From an uncultured Acidobacteriota bacterium (GTDB taxonomy: Bacteria > Acidobacteriota > UBA6911 > RPQK01 > JAPXNP01): DNA of 64,000 bases. The translations under genes and the position numbers were made by a program. The stretch covers positions 32,001 to 96,000 of the forward strand of contig CAVZRV010000007.1 of the NCBI GenBank assembly GCA_963777605.1, in the 5' to 3' direction. Below the pieces are notes generated by a model. The model did no database searches. It saw only the letters and a list, made by a program, of their open reading frames with translations, and had not been told where the DNA came from. This document shows positions 1 to 9,378 of this stretch, piece by piece (within the stretch, counting starts at the first letter, position 1; the number at the start of each line of letters is the position of its first letter).

Positions 1-341
1 ATCAGATCGATCAGAAAGAGCAGGATCGAGTTGGCAAAAAACTTTCCCAGGAAGAGCAAGCCCCGATCAACCGGCGACAAGATCAGGCCGTAGAGAGTTC
101 CGTCCTCGCGCTCACACTGGAACGAGCGGTTGAGCTGAATCACCCCGGGGAAAAGGAGTGAAACCCAAAGGATCCCGGGGGCGGCAGCCTTGATCGCCTG
201 GTCTCCGGGATCGAACGCAAAGTTGAAGATGATCAGTATGAGAAGTGCGAAAAAGACCGTCGTCAGAAAAGCCTGCCGGGAACGGTATTCGATCCGCAGA
301 TCTTTGGAGGTCAGGGTCCAGACCAGTCGCCAACTCTTCAT
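1..341 (-). CDS. ccmB: Heme exporter protein CcmB (5' part; runs off window start)
   Basis: Not in ORF track. Manual translation from ATG 341: MKSWRLVWTLTSKDLRIEYRSRQAFLTTVFFALLILIIFNFAFDP...APGILWV...ERE DGTLYGLILSPVDRG; KDLRIE and EREDGTL are typical CcmB motifs; follows ccmA. Confidence 0.9.
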   Translation of the reverse strand, partial: MKSWRLVWTLTSKDLRIEYRSRQAFLTTVFFALLILIIFNFAFDPGDQAIKAAAPGILWVSLLFPGVIQLNRSFQCEREDGTLYGLILSPVDRGLLFLGKFFANSILLFLIDL

Positions 342-363
342 CAAAACCACACCTGCAGGTACA

Positions 364-1110
364 TCATCCGTCAACAGTCTGAAAGTAAAGGCTCTCGAAT
401 GTCGCCGCATCAATGTCGCTGCGGGCGGCCCGGAAGACAGACTGCCCCCGGTTCATGATCATGACGTGGCTCGAAAGTGCCAATCCCTCGACCAGGTTGT
501 GAGTGATCATAAGGACCGTACGTCCCTGCTCTCTCAACTGCAACAGGACTTCGGTGAGGAGGCGACTTCCATGCTGATCGAGGCCCGCGTACGGCTCGTC
601 GAGGATCAGCAGTTGAGGTTCGTGGAGAAGAGCTCGCGCCAGGGTCAGCCGCTGTTTCATGCCGCTCGAGTATCCACGCACGGAGCGGTTGAGAGCGTGA
701 TCCAGATGCATCTGCTCCAATAGTGTCCGGGCCCGCCCCTCGGGCTCCGGGTGCTGATACAGGCGGGCAAAAAACACCAGGTTCTCCAACCCGGTCAGAT
801 CGCCATAGAGAAGACTCTGGTGGGAAACGTAGCCGACCCGGTCACGACTGCCTTCCTCTCCCCCAAACTTGATCGAGCCCTCCGAAGGCCGCGTTAACTG
901 GGCTATCATCCGCAACAGAGTGGACTTTCCGGCTCCGTTGGGGCCGAGGACGACCCAGAAATCACCTGCCTGGATCTGCAAATCTACTTTCCAGACAGCC
1001 GTAACTGAACCGAATCTCTTGGTGAGTTGCTGGATGGCGACCAGCGGCTCCGTGGAAGACGGCACCTGGTCGGTTCCTTCAGGAGTTCTTGCGTTTGGGC
1101 TTCTGTTCAA
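364..1110 (-). CDS. ccmA: Heme ABC exporter ATP-binding protein CcmA
   Basis: Walker A GPNGAGKST, signature YSSGMKQR, Walker B LLILDEP; ccm context. Confidence 0.88.
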   Translation of the reverse strand: MNRSPNARTPEGTDQVPSSTEPLVAIQQLTKRFGSVTAVWKVDLQIQAGDFWVVLGPNGAGKSTLLRMIAQLTRPSEGSIKFGGEEGSRDRVGYVSHQSLLYGDLTGLENLVFFARLYQHPEPEGRARTLLEQMHLDHALNRSVRGYSSGMKQRLTLARALLHEPQLLILDEPYAGLDQHGSRLLTEVLLQLREQGRTVLMITHNLVEGLALSSHVMIMNRGQSVFRAARSDIDAATFESLYFQTVDG

Positions 1111-1378
1111 GGGCCTCGACCTTTCTCATAGCCTCGACCGCATGAGCCTCCCAGTCCTCTTTAAGCCGCTCGTAGTCGTCCTCTGAGAGCTTTCCCATGC
1201 GAAAGTCCATCTCGATGTCCTTCAGGTTCGCGAAGGCACTCTCTTTCACCTCGAGGGCCCGATCCAGTTCCGTCATTTCCTCCACGGCCATCGGCTCGCC
1301 ATCGTCCTCTTTCATCAGAGGCCAGGCCACGAATAGGACCAGCCCGATGAGCATTACAGGGATAAGCATCAGTTCCAT
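1079..1378 (-). CDS. Small membrane-anchored protein, CcmI N-terminus-like
   Basis: N-terminal TM helix, then LKDIEMDFRMGKLSEDDYERLK helical motif resembling the CcmI/CycH N-terminal region; lies between ccmF and ccmA. Confidence 0.65.
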   Translation of the reverse strand: MELMLIPVMLIGLVLFVAWPLMKEDDGEPMAVEEMTELDRALEVKESAFANLKDIEMDFRMGKLSEDDYERLKEDWEAHAVEAMRKVEALEQKPKRKNS

Positions 1379-1407
1379 TACTCAGTCAACTCCACGGCCT
1401 TTCCGGG

Positions 1408-3399
1408 TCATGCCGCCTCGTGGCGCACACGCTCGTCCTTCTGGGCGATCACCTTGGCAGACGCGGTCTTCTTGTCCGGGAAGAGGACAAAAACACCGCC
1501 CATCGCCATTATCCCGATTCCCATCCAGATCAGCTCGACAAGGGGATTGATAAAGACGTGAAAAGTCACGTTGCCCGCATCATCCCAGCCCGACAGCACG
1601 ACATAGAGATCCTCCAGGAACCGTGACCGGATCGCAACTTCCGTTGCCGGTTGCTCGCTCTTGTGGTGGAAATGCTTCTGGGGGTAGAGCTCGTCAATCT
1701 CCTTGTCCCCCTTGAAGACTCCAACTTTGGCAAAGACCACATCCTTCTCCGGGTCCCTTCGCTGCGAAAGTCCCCTGAATTCCAGGGTGTAGTCCTCCAA
1801 CTGGAATTTCTGGCCCTGGCGGACCGTATAAGTCTGATCCACACTGAATAATGAACTGGCGATGATGCCGACGAAGACGAGCACCGTCCCGCCGTGGATA
1901 ATAAATCCACCGTAGCGCCGCTTGTTCATCAAAGTCAGGTCCTTCAGAGCACCCACAAAACTCGAAGGACGGATGCTCTGCCGGGCCCGCGCTCCCTTGA
2001 AAAACTCAAGGGCGATCGTGTAGGTCACGAACGCCGCGGCCGAGAAGAAAGCCAGCGCAATCCAGTTTCGCATCCCCAGTGCGACCAAGGCCACCCCAAA
2101 GACCAGCCCTGTTGCCAAAGGATAGAGGAAATTCCGGCGAAAATTCTTCCAGGTGGCCTTTCTCCAGGCAATCAGGGGACAGATCCCGGTCAGGATCAGG
2201 AGCGCCAGACCCAGCGGCCAGTTGACCTGGTTGAAGAAAGGCGCAGCGACGGAGATCTTCTCCCCCTTGATCGCTTCCGAGAGTATCGGGAAAACCGTGC
2301 CCCAGAAGACCGCAAAGCAGATCGATATCAGAAGCCAGTTATTGAGCAGGAAGCTGGCTTCCCGAGAGAGAAAAGACCGCATCCGCAGCTCACTACGGAG
2401 CTCGTTCTGGCGATAGAAAACCCAGAAGAGCGAAAACGTACAGCTGATCGCCAGAAAACCGACAAAAAACGGACCCAAATTGGAAAGGGCGAACGAGTGG
2501 ACCGAGGAGATCACCCCGCTTCTGGTGATGAAGGTCCCGAAAATCGACAGCTCAAAGGCCAGGATGATCAGGATGAAATTCCACAGCTTCAGCATCCCTT
2601 TCTTTTCGGTGATCATAATCGAATGCAGAAATGCTGTGGCAACCAGCCATGGCATGAAGGATGCGTTTTCAACCGGATCCCAGGCCCAGTAACCACCCCA
2701 ACCGAGCTCTTCATAAGCCCAGCGTCCGCCGAGGGTAAATCCCAGGGTCAGGAACACCCAACTCAGAATCGTCCATTTCCGGGTCGTACGGATCCAGCTC
2801 GTGTCCGTCTTCCCGCTCATGAGGGCTGCGATCGAGAACGCAAATGGAATCGCCAACCCCACGTAGCCGAGAAAAAGCGTCGGGGGATGGATGATCATGT
2901 ACCAGTTCTGCAGCAGGGGATTCAGCCCCTGTCCATCCGCGGGTCGCTGCGCCAGCATCTCAAACGGGTGGGTGGCGAAATTCAACAGGAGCGCAAAAAA
3001 GAACATGATGCCAAGCAGGCAGAAAGCCACGTATGGCATCAGGGCGCGGTTCTTGTGGCGGTTCTGGATCACCGCGGCTGCCGCAAACAGGCCGAGGATC
3101 AAAGCCCAAAGCAGCAGGCTTCCTTTCTGACCGCCCCAGAACGCCGTGAATTTGAAAGCGGCAGGCATCGCTGCCGCACTGTAATTGGCAACGTACTGAA
3201 CCAGAAAGTTGTCAGTTAGAAAGAGGTACCAGAGACTGATCGAAGCGATCACCAACAGGCCGAAGTTGGCAAGTACGGTGTTCTCTGCACTCCTGATGAG
3301 CGCATTGTTCCTCCGGTATCCTCCCACGAGCGCCACTACCATTCCATACGCACAGAACACCAGCGACGCGAGAAGTGCGTAATGACCAAGTTGAATCAT
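1408..3399 (-). CDS. ccmF: Cytochrome c heme lyase CcmF
   Basis: WGGQKGSLLLW, GLNPLLQ, HPP, WWD domain WAYEELGWGGYWAWDPVENASFMPW, SVHSFA. Confidence 0.97.
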   Translation of the reverse strand: MIQLGHYALLASLVFCAYGMVVALVGGYRRNNALIRSAENTVLANFGLLVIASISLWYLFLTDNFLVQYVANYSAAAMPAAFKFTAFWGGQKGSLLLWALILGLFAAAAVIQNRHKNRALMPYVAFCLLGIMFFFALLLNFATHPFEMLAQRPADGQGLNPLLQNWYMIIHPPTLFLGYVGLAIPFAFSIAALMSGKTDTSWIRTTRKWTILSWVFLTLGFTLGGRWAYEELGWGGYWAWDPVENASFMPWLVATAFLHSIMITEKKGMLKLWNFILIILAFELSIFGTFITRSGVISSVHSFALSNLGPFFVGFLAISCTFSLFWVFYRQNELRSELRMRSFLSREASFLLNNWLLISICFAVFWGTVFPILSEAIKGEKISVAAPFFNQVNWPLGLALLILTGICPLIAWRKATWKNFRRNFLYPLATGLVFGVALVALGMRNWIALAFFSAAAFVTYTIALEFFKGARARQSIRPSSFVGALKDLTLMNKRRYGGFIIHGGTVLVFVGIIASSLFSVDQTYTVRQGQKFQLEDYTLEFRGLSQRRDPEKDVVFAKVGVFKGDKEIDELYPQKHFHHKSEQPATEVAIRSRFLEDLYVVLSGWDDAGNVTFHVFINPLVELIWMGIGIMAMGGVFVLFPDKKTASAKVIAQKDERVRHEAA

Positions 3400-3420
3400 T
3401 GATTCGAAAGGTTCCCTTCT

Positions 3421-3852
3421 TTATTCCGCTGGAGCGTCGCCAGGATGCTCGTTCCCCATGGCTTCGTACTTCGACGGGCATTTGGCAAGAAGGGTATTGG
3501 CCCGAAAGGCAGGTGAGTCGGCTGAATAGATTCCCTCGACCACAACCTCCGCCTCATCCTTGAAAGTGTCGGGGATGATCCCTTCATACACAACAGGCAT
3601 CGTGCGTTTACTACTTCGCTCGTAGACGAGGAACTGGACCCTTGAGCCATTTTCGTCCCGGTCGATGGAACCTGGCTTAACGTAACCGCTGACGCGGACA
3701 CCCTGGCCGGAGAGACGGACGCTTTCGGTCTGCAATTCGCCGAGGGTGTAGTAGTAGACCATTGAATCGTTGATACCGCTGAACATCAGGAAGCATATAC
3801 CCCCAACGATCAGGGCGCCGGCGATAAAGAATTTGGCGTGCGGAAGCCTCAT
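3421..3852 (-). CDS. ccmE: Heme chaperone CcmE, CxxxY variant
   Basis: N-terminal TM, MVYYYT, G.V..GSI, YEGIIPDTF...VVVEG, LLAKCPSKY (Cys instead of His). Confidence 0.93.
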   Translation of the reverse strand: MRLPHAKFFIAGALIVGGICFLMFSGINDSMVYYYTLGELQTESVRLSGQGVRVSGYVKPGSIDRDENGSRVQFLVYERSSKRTMPVVYEGIIPDTFKDEAEVVVEGIYSADSPAFRANTLLAKCPSKYEAMGNEHPGDAPAE

Positions 3853-3924
3853 TGTATAGTCCTTACGTTGATCCAGTGTGACCCGAAATAGGAATTCGCA
3901 ACCTCTATTCTAGAACGTGAAGCC

Positions 3925-3933
3925 ATTCTAGCA
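3925..3933 (-). promoter_or_regulatory. Extended -10 promoter element (TGCTAGAAT) upstream of ccmE
   Basis: TGn + TAGAAT about 70 nt upstream of the ccmE ATG. Confidence 0.45.
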
Positions 3934-4070
3934 GGATTCCCGCGCCACTTGGAAGGAGGACACCCGACAAGTCAAGGCCAGGGGACAAGCTGGCGCCGCC
4001 TTCGCAAAACCCGGGTCGGAAACGGGCCGGGCAATACTGTAGACCACCCGGCCAGACGCTCAATCCGAGG

Positions 4071-4379
4071 CTATGCGTAGATGAGGATTACAACGACCAC
4101 GAACGTCAGAAGGGCAAGGAACTCGATGAAGGCGAGGCCAAGGATGATAAACAGTCGAATCGTGTCCACGGCACCTGGATTCCGGGAAACACCTTCACAT
4201 CCGCCCGCTACCGCCCGGCTCTGGCCAATCCCGCAGCCCGCTGCCGCAATCGCCATCGCAATGGCGAGCCAGTGCGCCTGCATGCCGCCGCCGCTCTCAG
4301 CGCCGCTCTGGGCATAAACCGGCATCGCCAGCAAGCTAACGATTAAGAGACCGACAGCAAGTAGTGCGTACTTTCTCAT
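4071..4379 (-). CDS. atpE: ATP synthase F0 subunit c with signal-peptide-like N-terminal extension
   Basis: SD AAGGAG before ATG 4379; GCGIGQ...SRNP loop...LAFIEFLALL with the conserved Glu. Confidence 0.93.
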   Translation of the reverse strand: MRKYALLAVGLLIVSLLAMPVYAQSGAESGGGMQAHWLAIAMAIAAAGCGIGQSRAVAGGCEGVSRNPGAVDTIRLFIILGLAFIEFLALLTFVVVVILIYA

Positions 4380-4408
4380 TCGAATACTCCTTGAATGTTT
4401 CGGATCCT

Positions 4409-5167
4409 TCATCCTTCGGTCTCTGGAAAAGAATGCCCCTCATGTTCGTCACTGTGCTCGAGGGCTCCTCCAAGGTAAACCATGGCGAGGACGATAAAGA
4501 TGAACGCTTGAATAGTGCTTGCAAACAGAGCCAGAGCCATCACCGGCAGGCTCAGGAGGAAGGGGAACATGGAGTTCAGCGTTCCGATGATCAACTCCTC
4601 CGCGAAGATATTCCCAAATAAGCGGACCGCCAACGAAAACGGTCGCGCGAAGTGACTGATAACCTCGATCACGAAGAGCAACGGGGCAATGACCATCGAC
4701 GGGCCCGCAAAGTGGGCCAGATACTTGACTAGACCGTGAGTCCGGAAACCTACGTAGTTGTAGTAAATAAAGACGATGACCGCGCAACCCGCCGTCACGT
4801 TAATGTTGCTCGTGGGCGACATGAACCCGGGAAACATCCCGATCAGATTCCCCGCCAGAATAAACAGAAAGAGTGAACCGAGCAGAGGGAAGAAACGCAG
4901 CGCTGGCCCTCCGATGATATCCCGCGCGAGACCCAGCAAGCCCTCAGCCCAAAGCTCAAGAAACTGCTGAAACCCGCCCGGTTCGGTCACACTCAACCGA
5001 CGGCGCATGATCAGCGAGATCAGGATAAGCCCAAGTGACACGACAATGATCATCACCAGGTGTGGGGGGAGCACGTCATGCTCGACGTGGTACCCGAACA
5101 ACCCCGCGATCGGATTGGCAATGAGTTGATTGAATAAAGTGGAGATGAAGAACTCGTGATGTTCCAT
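4409..5167 (-). CDS. atpB: ATP synthase F0 subunit a
   Basis: PGGFQQFLE, NLIGMFPG..SPTSNIN, ARPFSLAVRLFGNIFAEE (conserved Arg), IQAFIF; likely start MEHHE at 5167. Confidence 0.96.
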   Translation of the reverse strand: MEHHEFFISTLFNQLIANPIAGLFGYHVEHDVLPPHLVMIIVVSLGLILISLIMRRRLSVTEPGGFQQFLELWAEGLLGLARDIIGGPALRFFPLLGSLFLFILAGNLIGMFPGFMSPTSNINVTAGCAVIVFIYYNYVGFRTHGLVKYLAHFAGPSMVIAPLLFVIEVISHFARPFSLAVRLFGNIFAEELIIGTLNSMFPFLLSLPVMALALFASTIQAFIFIVLAMVYLGGALEHSDEHEGHSFPETEG

Positions 5168-5180
5168 GACTCGGTCGCTC

Positions 5181-5597
5181 TCAGAACTGCCTGTACCCCA
5201 GCAACAAAACCGCTTCAATTAGTCCGGCAGCGACGAAAATCGCCAGTCCTCCAAGGGCCCCGAACAGGCTCAAAAAAGGAAGTTGGATCATAGCAAACAC
5301 AACACCTAAGATCAACAAAAGTCGGCCTACGAAGCCCGCCGCCAGAACGGTGGCGCTTTGATCCGATCGCCCGAGCAGTGCCCGGTCTATTGCCAGTTTC
5401 ATCCAGTGGAAATTGGCCAGGGCAACGAGCCCGCCCAGAGCGATCGAAAGGGCCATCGGCCACCCCCATAGGATCAACCCTCCGAGCACGAACAACACGA
5501 GCAGAACAACGGCACGCTTGAAGAGGCCTTCAACTCCTGGCCGGAACAGCCCGGCCCAGGTCGGGGAACCTTCTTTCAATTCCACACTTCCCCTCAC
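5181..5597 (-). CDS. atpI: ATP synthase subunit I
   Basis: Four TM helices, LGGLVALANF motif, directly upstream of atpB. Confidence 0.8.
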   Translation of the reverse strand: MRGSVELKEGSPTWAGLFRPGVEGLFKRAVVLLVLFVLGGLILWGWPMALSIALGGLVALANFHWMKLAIDRALLGRSDQSATVLAAGFVGRLLLILGVVFAMIQLPFLSLFGALGGLAIFVAAGLIEAVLLLGYRQF

Positions 5598-5803
5598 TTC
5601 AAACCGAGTATCCGGACCAGTTCATAAAATGCACCGATCACACCCAGCGCGAATCCCGTGAGCATCAACCAGGGGGCAGTGCCGAAGTAAGCATCTACCT
5701 GGAGTCCGAAATAGACCCCTCCAATCAGCGTAATCGGCAACACGAAGATCAGGCTCGAATAGAGAGCCAATCGCCGGTAGTTGTTCTTCTCTTCGCTGCC
5801 CAT
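5594..5803 (-). CDS. atpZ: AtpZ/AtpI family protein
   Basis: Two TM helices with G.YFG..VD.YFGTAPW motif; first gene of the atp F0 block. Confidence 0.8.
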   Translation of the reverse strand: MGSEEKNNYRRLALYSSLIFVLPITLIGGVYFGLQVDAYFGTAPWLMLTGFALGVIGAFYELVRILGLK

Positions 5804-5821
5804 GGCACTTCCCGAATCGGG

Positions 5822-6787
5822 TCAACTGGAAAGAGAGCTTGAGCCCCCGTCCCTGGCCAGGTAATCATCAAAATAGGCGACCGTCTGCTCGAGGCCCTTG
5901 CGGAGGGGGACCTCAGGCATCCATCCAAGGTACTCCCGGGCCTTCGCGATCTCGGGGCGCCGGCGGATCGGATCGTCGGTGGGAAGCGGGTGGAACTGGA
6001 TCCCTCCCTTGCTACAGGTCAACTCGTTGACCATTTCCGCAAGCCGAAGGATAGTAATTTCCTCGGGATTCCCCAGGTTGATCGGGCCGGTTCCCCCATC
6101 CCAGCCCATCAGGAGACGCAGGCCCCGGATCAGATCAGACACGTAACAGAAGGACCGCGTCTGCGAACCGTCACCGTAGATCGTCAGTGGCTTCCCCTGT
6201 AGCGCCTGAACGATCAGGTTGCTCACCACCCGTCCGTCTCGAACCGACATCCGGGGACCATAGGTGTTGAAGATGCGGGCGATTCTGACTTGGACACCGT
6301 TCTGGCGGTGGTAGTCCATCATCAAGGTTTCGGCAACCCGTTTCCCCTCGTCGTAACAGCTTCGCGGCCCGATGGGGTTAACGGACCCCCAGTATTCCTC
6401 GCGCTGAGGGTGAACCTCGGGATCACCGTAAACTTCGGAGGTACTGGCCTGGAGAATTCGCGCCCGCAGCCGTTTAGCCAGGCCGAGCATGTTCAGGGTT
6501 CCCTGCACGTTGGTCTTCACCGTTTTGACAGGGTTGTACTGGTAATGGACCGGTGACGCCGGGCAAGCCAGGTTGAAAATCCGGTCGACCTCCGCGTAAA
6601 CAGGCCGAATGATGTCGTGGCGGACAAATTCGAACGCCCGGTTGTCGAGAAACGGGTAGACATTCTCTTTCCGACTCGAGAAGAGATTGTCAAGACAGAT
6701 GACTTCCCAACCGTCCTGCAGAAGCGACTCACACAGATGGCTCCCGATGAAACCAGCTCCCCCAGTGACCAAAACTCGCTGTAGCAA
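5822..6787 (-). CDS. UDP-glucuronate decarboxylase (UDP-xylose synthase)-like SDR
   Basis: [53 protein letters not shown]; likely TTG start 6787 after AGGAGG, next to the galE stop. Confidence 0.92.
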   Translation of the reverse strand: MLQRVLVTGGAGFIGSHLCESLLQDGWEVICLDNLFSSRKENVYPFLDNRAFEFVRHDIIRPVYAEVDRIFNLACPASPVHYQYNPVKTVKTNVQGTLNMLGLAKRLRARILQASTSEVYGDPEVHPQREEYWGSVNPIGPRSCYDEGKRVAETLMMDYHRQNGVQVRIARIFNTYGPRMSVRDGRVVSNLIVQALQGKPLTIYGDGSQTRSFCYVSDLIRGLRLLMGWDGGTGPINLGNPEEITILRLAEMVNELTCSKGGIQFHPLPTDDPIRRRPEIAKAREYLGWMPEVPLRKGLEQTVAYFDDYLARDGGSSSLSS

Positions 6788-6788
6788 C

Positions 6789-7766
6789 TCAGTACCTCCT
6801 GTTACATTCCCATTTCCAGGCCGATGCAAGAACTTCTTCGAGACTGGATATTTCCGCTTTCCAACCCAGTTCACGAAAAGCCCGGGCCGGATCGGCAACC
6901 AACTGCGGCGGATCGCCGACACGTCGCCCACTGACCACCTCAGGGATTTCCCGTCCCGTCAACCGACGTGCCGTATCAATCAGGGCCCGTACACTGTACC
7001 CGTTCCCGGTTCCCAGGTTGAACGCCCGACTCGGGTTTCCCTCGACCAACCATTGCAGGGCGCGGGTGTGGGCCCGGGCGAGATCGGTCACATGGATGTA
7101 GTCCCGGATACAGGTTCCGTCGGGAGTGGCGTAGTCGTCGCCGAAAACCTCGATATTGGGAATCCGGCCCATCGCGACCTGCAGAACCAGAGGGATCAGG
7201 TGGGTCTCCGGGTCATGTGCCTCGCCGATACGGCCCTGCGGGTCGGCACCGGCTGCGTTGAAGTAGCGCAAGGCAACGAACCTCATTCCGTAAGCCCTGT
7301 CGTATTGCCGAAGGATGCGCTCAATGAAGTACTTGGAGTCCCCGTAAGGGTTAACCGGGTCTTGGGGATGATCTTCATCGATGGGAACGCGCACCGGTTC
7401 GCCATAGGTCGCACACGTTGAGGAGAGAATGAATCGCTTGACATCCTGGCGAAGCATGACGCGAAAGAGGGTCAGTGCGTTTCCGACGTTTTCCTCATAG
7501 TAGCGCCGCGGGTTCCGCACCGACTCCCCAACATAACAACGACTGGCAAAATGCATCACCGCCACCGGGCGATGTTTCTCGAACACTGCGTCAAGAAAGG
7601 CCCCGTCAGCCAGGTCTCCCCGTTCCAGTTCGCCGGCCAGCACCGCTTCCGGGTGTCCTTCACTCAGGTTGTCGACGGTGACCGGCGTCAGTCCGGCTCC
7701 GGCCAGGTCGAGGAGGGCATGGCTGCCAATGTAGCCCGCTCCCCCGGTTACGATTACTTTCGCCAC
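6789..7766 (-). CDS. galE: UDP-glucose 4-epimerase
   Basis: [48 protein letters not shown]. Confidence 0.95.
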   Translation of the reverse strand: MAKVIVTGGAGYIGSHALLDLAGAGLTPVTVDNLSEGHPEAVLAGELERGDLADGAFLDAVFEKHRPVAVMHFASRCYVGESVRNPRRYYEENVGNALTLFRVMLRQDVKRFILSSTCATYGEPVRVPIDEDHPQDPVNPYGDSKYFIERILRQYDRAYGMRFVALRYFNAAGADPQGRIGEAHDPETHLIPLVLQVAMGRIPNIEVFGDDYATPDGTCIRDYIHVTDLARAHTRALQWLVEGNPSRAFNLGTGNGYSVRALIDTARRLTGREIPEVVSGRRVGDPPQLVADPARAFRELGWKAEISSLEEVLASAWKWECNRRY

Positions 7767-7778
7767 TGAGGCCCTCCT

Positions 7779-8165
7779 CTAAAGTCTTCCGATTAAGGCG
7801 GTAAACTCGGATTCGAATTGGAAGAAGTGCTGGTATCCGGGGAATTCTACCAACCGTCCAAATGTGATCGTCACCTTGAGGCGGGACGCCGATTGAAAGC
7901 GGCCCAACCGGTCGACCTTGATTTTCTCGCGCGACATTTCGAAACCCAAGGTGCGGGCTGTCGACATGATCTGTTCACGAATGGTCCGATCCTTCCAGTT
8001 TTCCGCCCCGGCCCGATTGACGATCCGGATGACCTCATCCTCAAAATTCACCTTGTCGAAGTAAACGGGACCAATCTTGTAGGTGAGGAAGAGTGAGACT
8101 GCCAACACAAGGGTGACGACAACGCAACCGAATTTGCTCTCGCCCCGGTTATTTCCCAGCATCAT
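7779..8165 (-). CDS. Pilin-like membrane-anchored hypothetical protein (DUF4845-like)
   Basis: Likely start MMLGNNRG-ESKFG followed by a hydrophobic helix and KIGPVY; family call from memory. Confidence 0.6.
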   Translation of the reverse strand: MMLGNNRGESKFGCVVVTLVLAVSLFLTYKIGPVYFDKVNFEDEVIRIVNRAGAENWKDRTIREQIMSTARTLGFEMSREKIKVDRLGRFQSASRLKVTITFGRLVEFPGYQHFFQFESEFTALIGRL

Positions 8166-8205
8166 GCACCGCCTATCTCGGATTCTCGCTCGAGCGTGGC
8201 TTGCC

Positions 8206-9264
8206 TCAGTATTCTCCTTCGTACCCCTTGAACAAGTATGCAGCGTCGTGCAAGGTGTTCTCCTTGCCATCGTGCGCAGCGTACTTTCTTCCTTCGTACA
8301 TGGAGACTCCGGCAAATTCGCCCTTGTTATTCAATGCATAGAAGAGAAGGTGAAAACGGGGCCTTCCCTTTGAATCCTGAAGGTAAGGCTCCACTGTGTT
8401 TTCAGCGATCCGCTGGAGAACTTTCAGTCCGGCTTCTTCGGGAGAATATCCCTGTCTCATGAACTCGACCACCATAAAACTCGCGCAAGTCTTGATATTG
8501 GCCTCTCCGCGCCCCGTGCTGCCACAGGCTCCGACCTCGTTGTCGACGTAGAGGCCCGCACCAATGATGGGGGAGTCACCGACCCTCCCGGGGAGTTTGT
8601 AGGAAAGACCACTGGTCGTGGTTACGCCCGAGATGTCTCCCGCCTCATTGATCGCGTTGCAGTTAATCGTCCCGTGGGTCCACATGATCTCTTGAAACAC
8701 CTCGCGCTCCGCCGAGGTAGCCGATCGCGGCAACCGGTCCGACGGGTCAATCCAGTTATCATCCGGATTCAGTTCCCGTTTCCACTTTAACCAAATCTCC
8801 CGTGACTCTTCTGTGAGCAAGTTCTCATTTTTGAAACCCATCGCCAATGCGAACTTCAGTGCGCCCTCTCCTACCAGGAGAACATGATCCGTCCGCTCCA
8901 TGACCAGCTTGGCAACCCGCGAGGGGGTCTTAATCCCTTCCAGGGCGGCTACCGCACCTGCCCCCCGAGTGGGGCCGTGCATTACCGACGAATCAAGCTG
9001 GACAACCCCTTCTTCGTTGGGTAAGCCCCCGTAGCCGACACTACGATCTTCCGGATCTTCCTCAACGATATTCACGCCAGCCACGACCGCGTCCAGCGTG
9101 TCTCCACCTTTCTGGATGAGTTCCATTGCCTTCGCGGTCGCTCTGAGCCCGTTCGCACTTGAAATCACCGCGGCTTGCCGCTTAGCGGGAAGAGCCATCA
9201 CCCTCTGCCCTGAAACAACCGCAGCCGCAAGCCCTGAAGTTCTGACAAATTCTCTTCGATTCAT
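8206..9264 (-). CDS. Tat-exported Ntn-hydrolase: glycosylasparaginase / isoaspartyl peptidase family
   Basis: MNRREFV twin-arginine signal; SVGYGGLPN, HG-T-INC nucleophile Thr, TTTSG, GRVGDSPIIGAG, TGRGE. Confidence 0.9.
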   Translation of the reverse strand: MNRREFVRTSGLAAAVVSGQRVMALPAKRQAAVISSANGLRATAKAMELIQKGGDTLDAVVAGVNIVEEDPEDRSVGYGGLPNEEGVVQLDSSVMHGPTRGAGAVAALEGIKTPSRVAKLVMERTDHVLLVGEGALKFALAMGFKNENLLTEESREIWLKWKRELNPDDNWIDPSDRLPRSATSAEREVFQEIMWTHGTINCNAINEAGDISGVTTTSGLSYKLPGRVGDSPIIGAGLYVDNEVGACGSTGRGEANIKTCASFMVVEFMRQGYSPEEAGLKVLQRIAENTVEPYLQDSKGRPRFHLLFYALNNKGEFAGVSMYEGRKYAAHDGKENTLHDAAYLFKGYEGEY

Positions 9265-9378
9265 GATCGACTCCTCTTCCAACCGGCGCCGGAGTAAGAA
9301 TAGCAACAACATTCAGTTCGCACATGCCAAAAGCGCCGGCACTCCAAAATACGGGGCCCAAGCTGTCTCAGTGCAGGT

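Noticed and set aside
1894-3219. 441-aa + strand ORF
   Set aside because: Antisense to ccmF; its Q/E/K/R-rich composition mirrors the hydrophobic codons on the other strand.
3990-4055. GCAAAACCCGGGTC...GCCGGG resembling a c-di-GMP-I riboswitch
   Set aside because: Wrong strand for the flanking genes and the P2 GAAA module is missing; more likely a weak atpE terminator (GGCCGGG/CCCGGCC).
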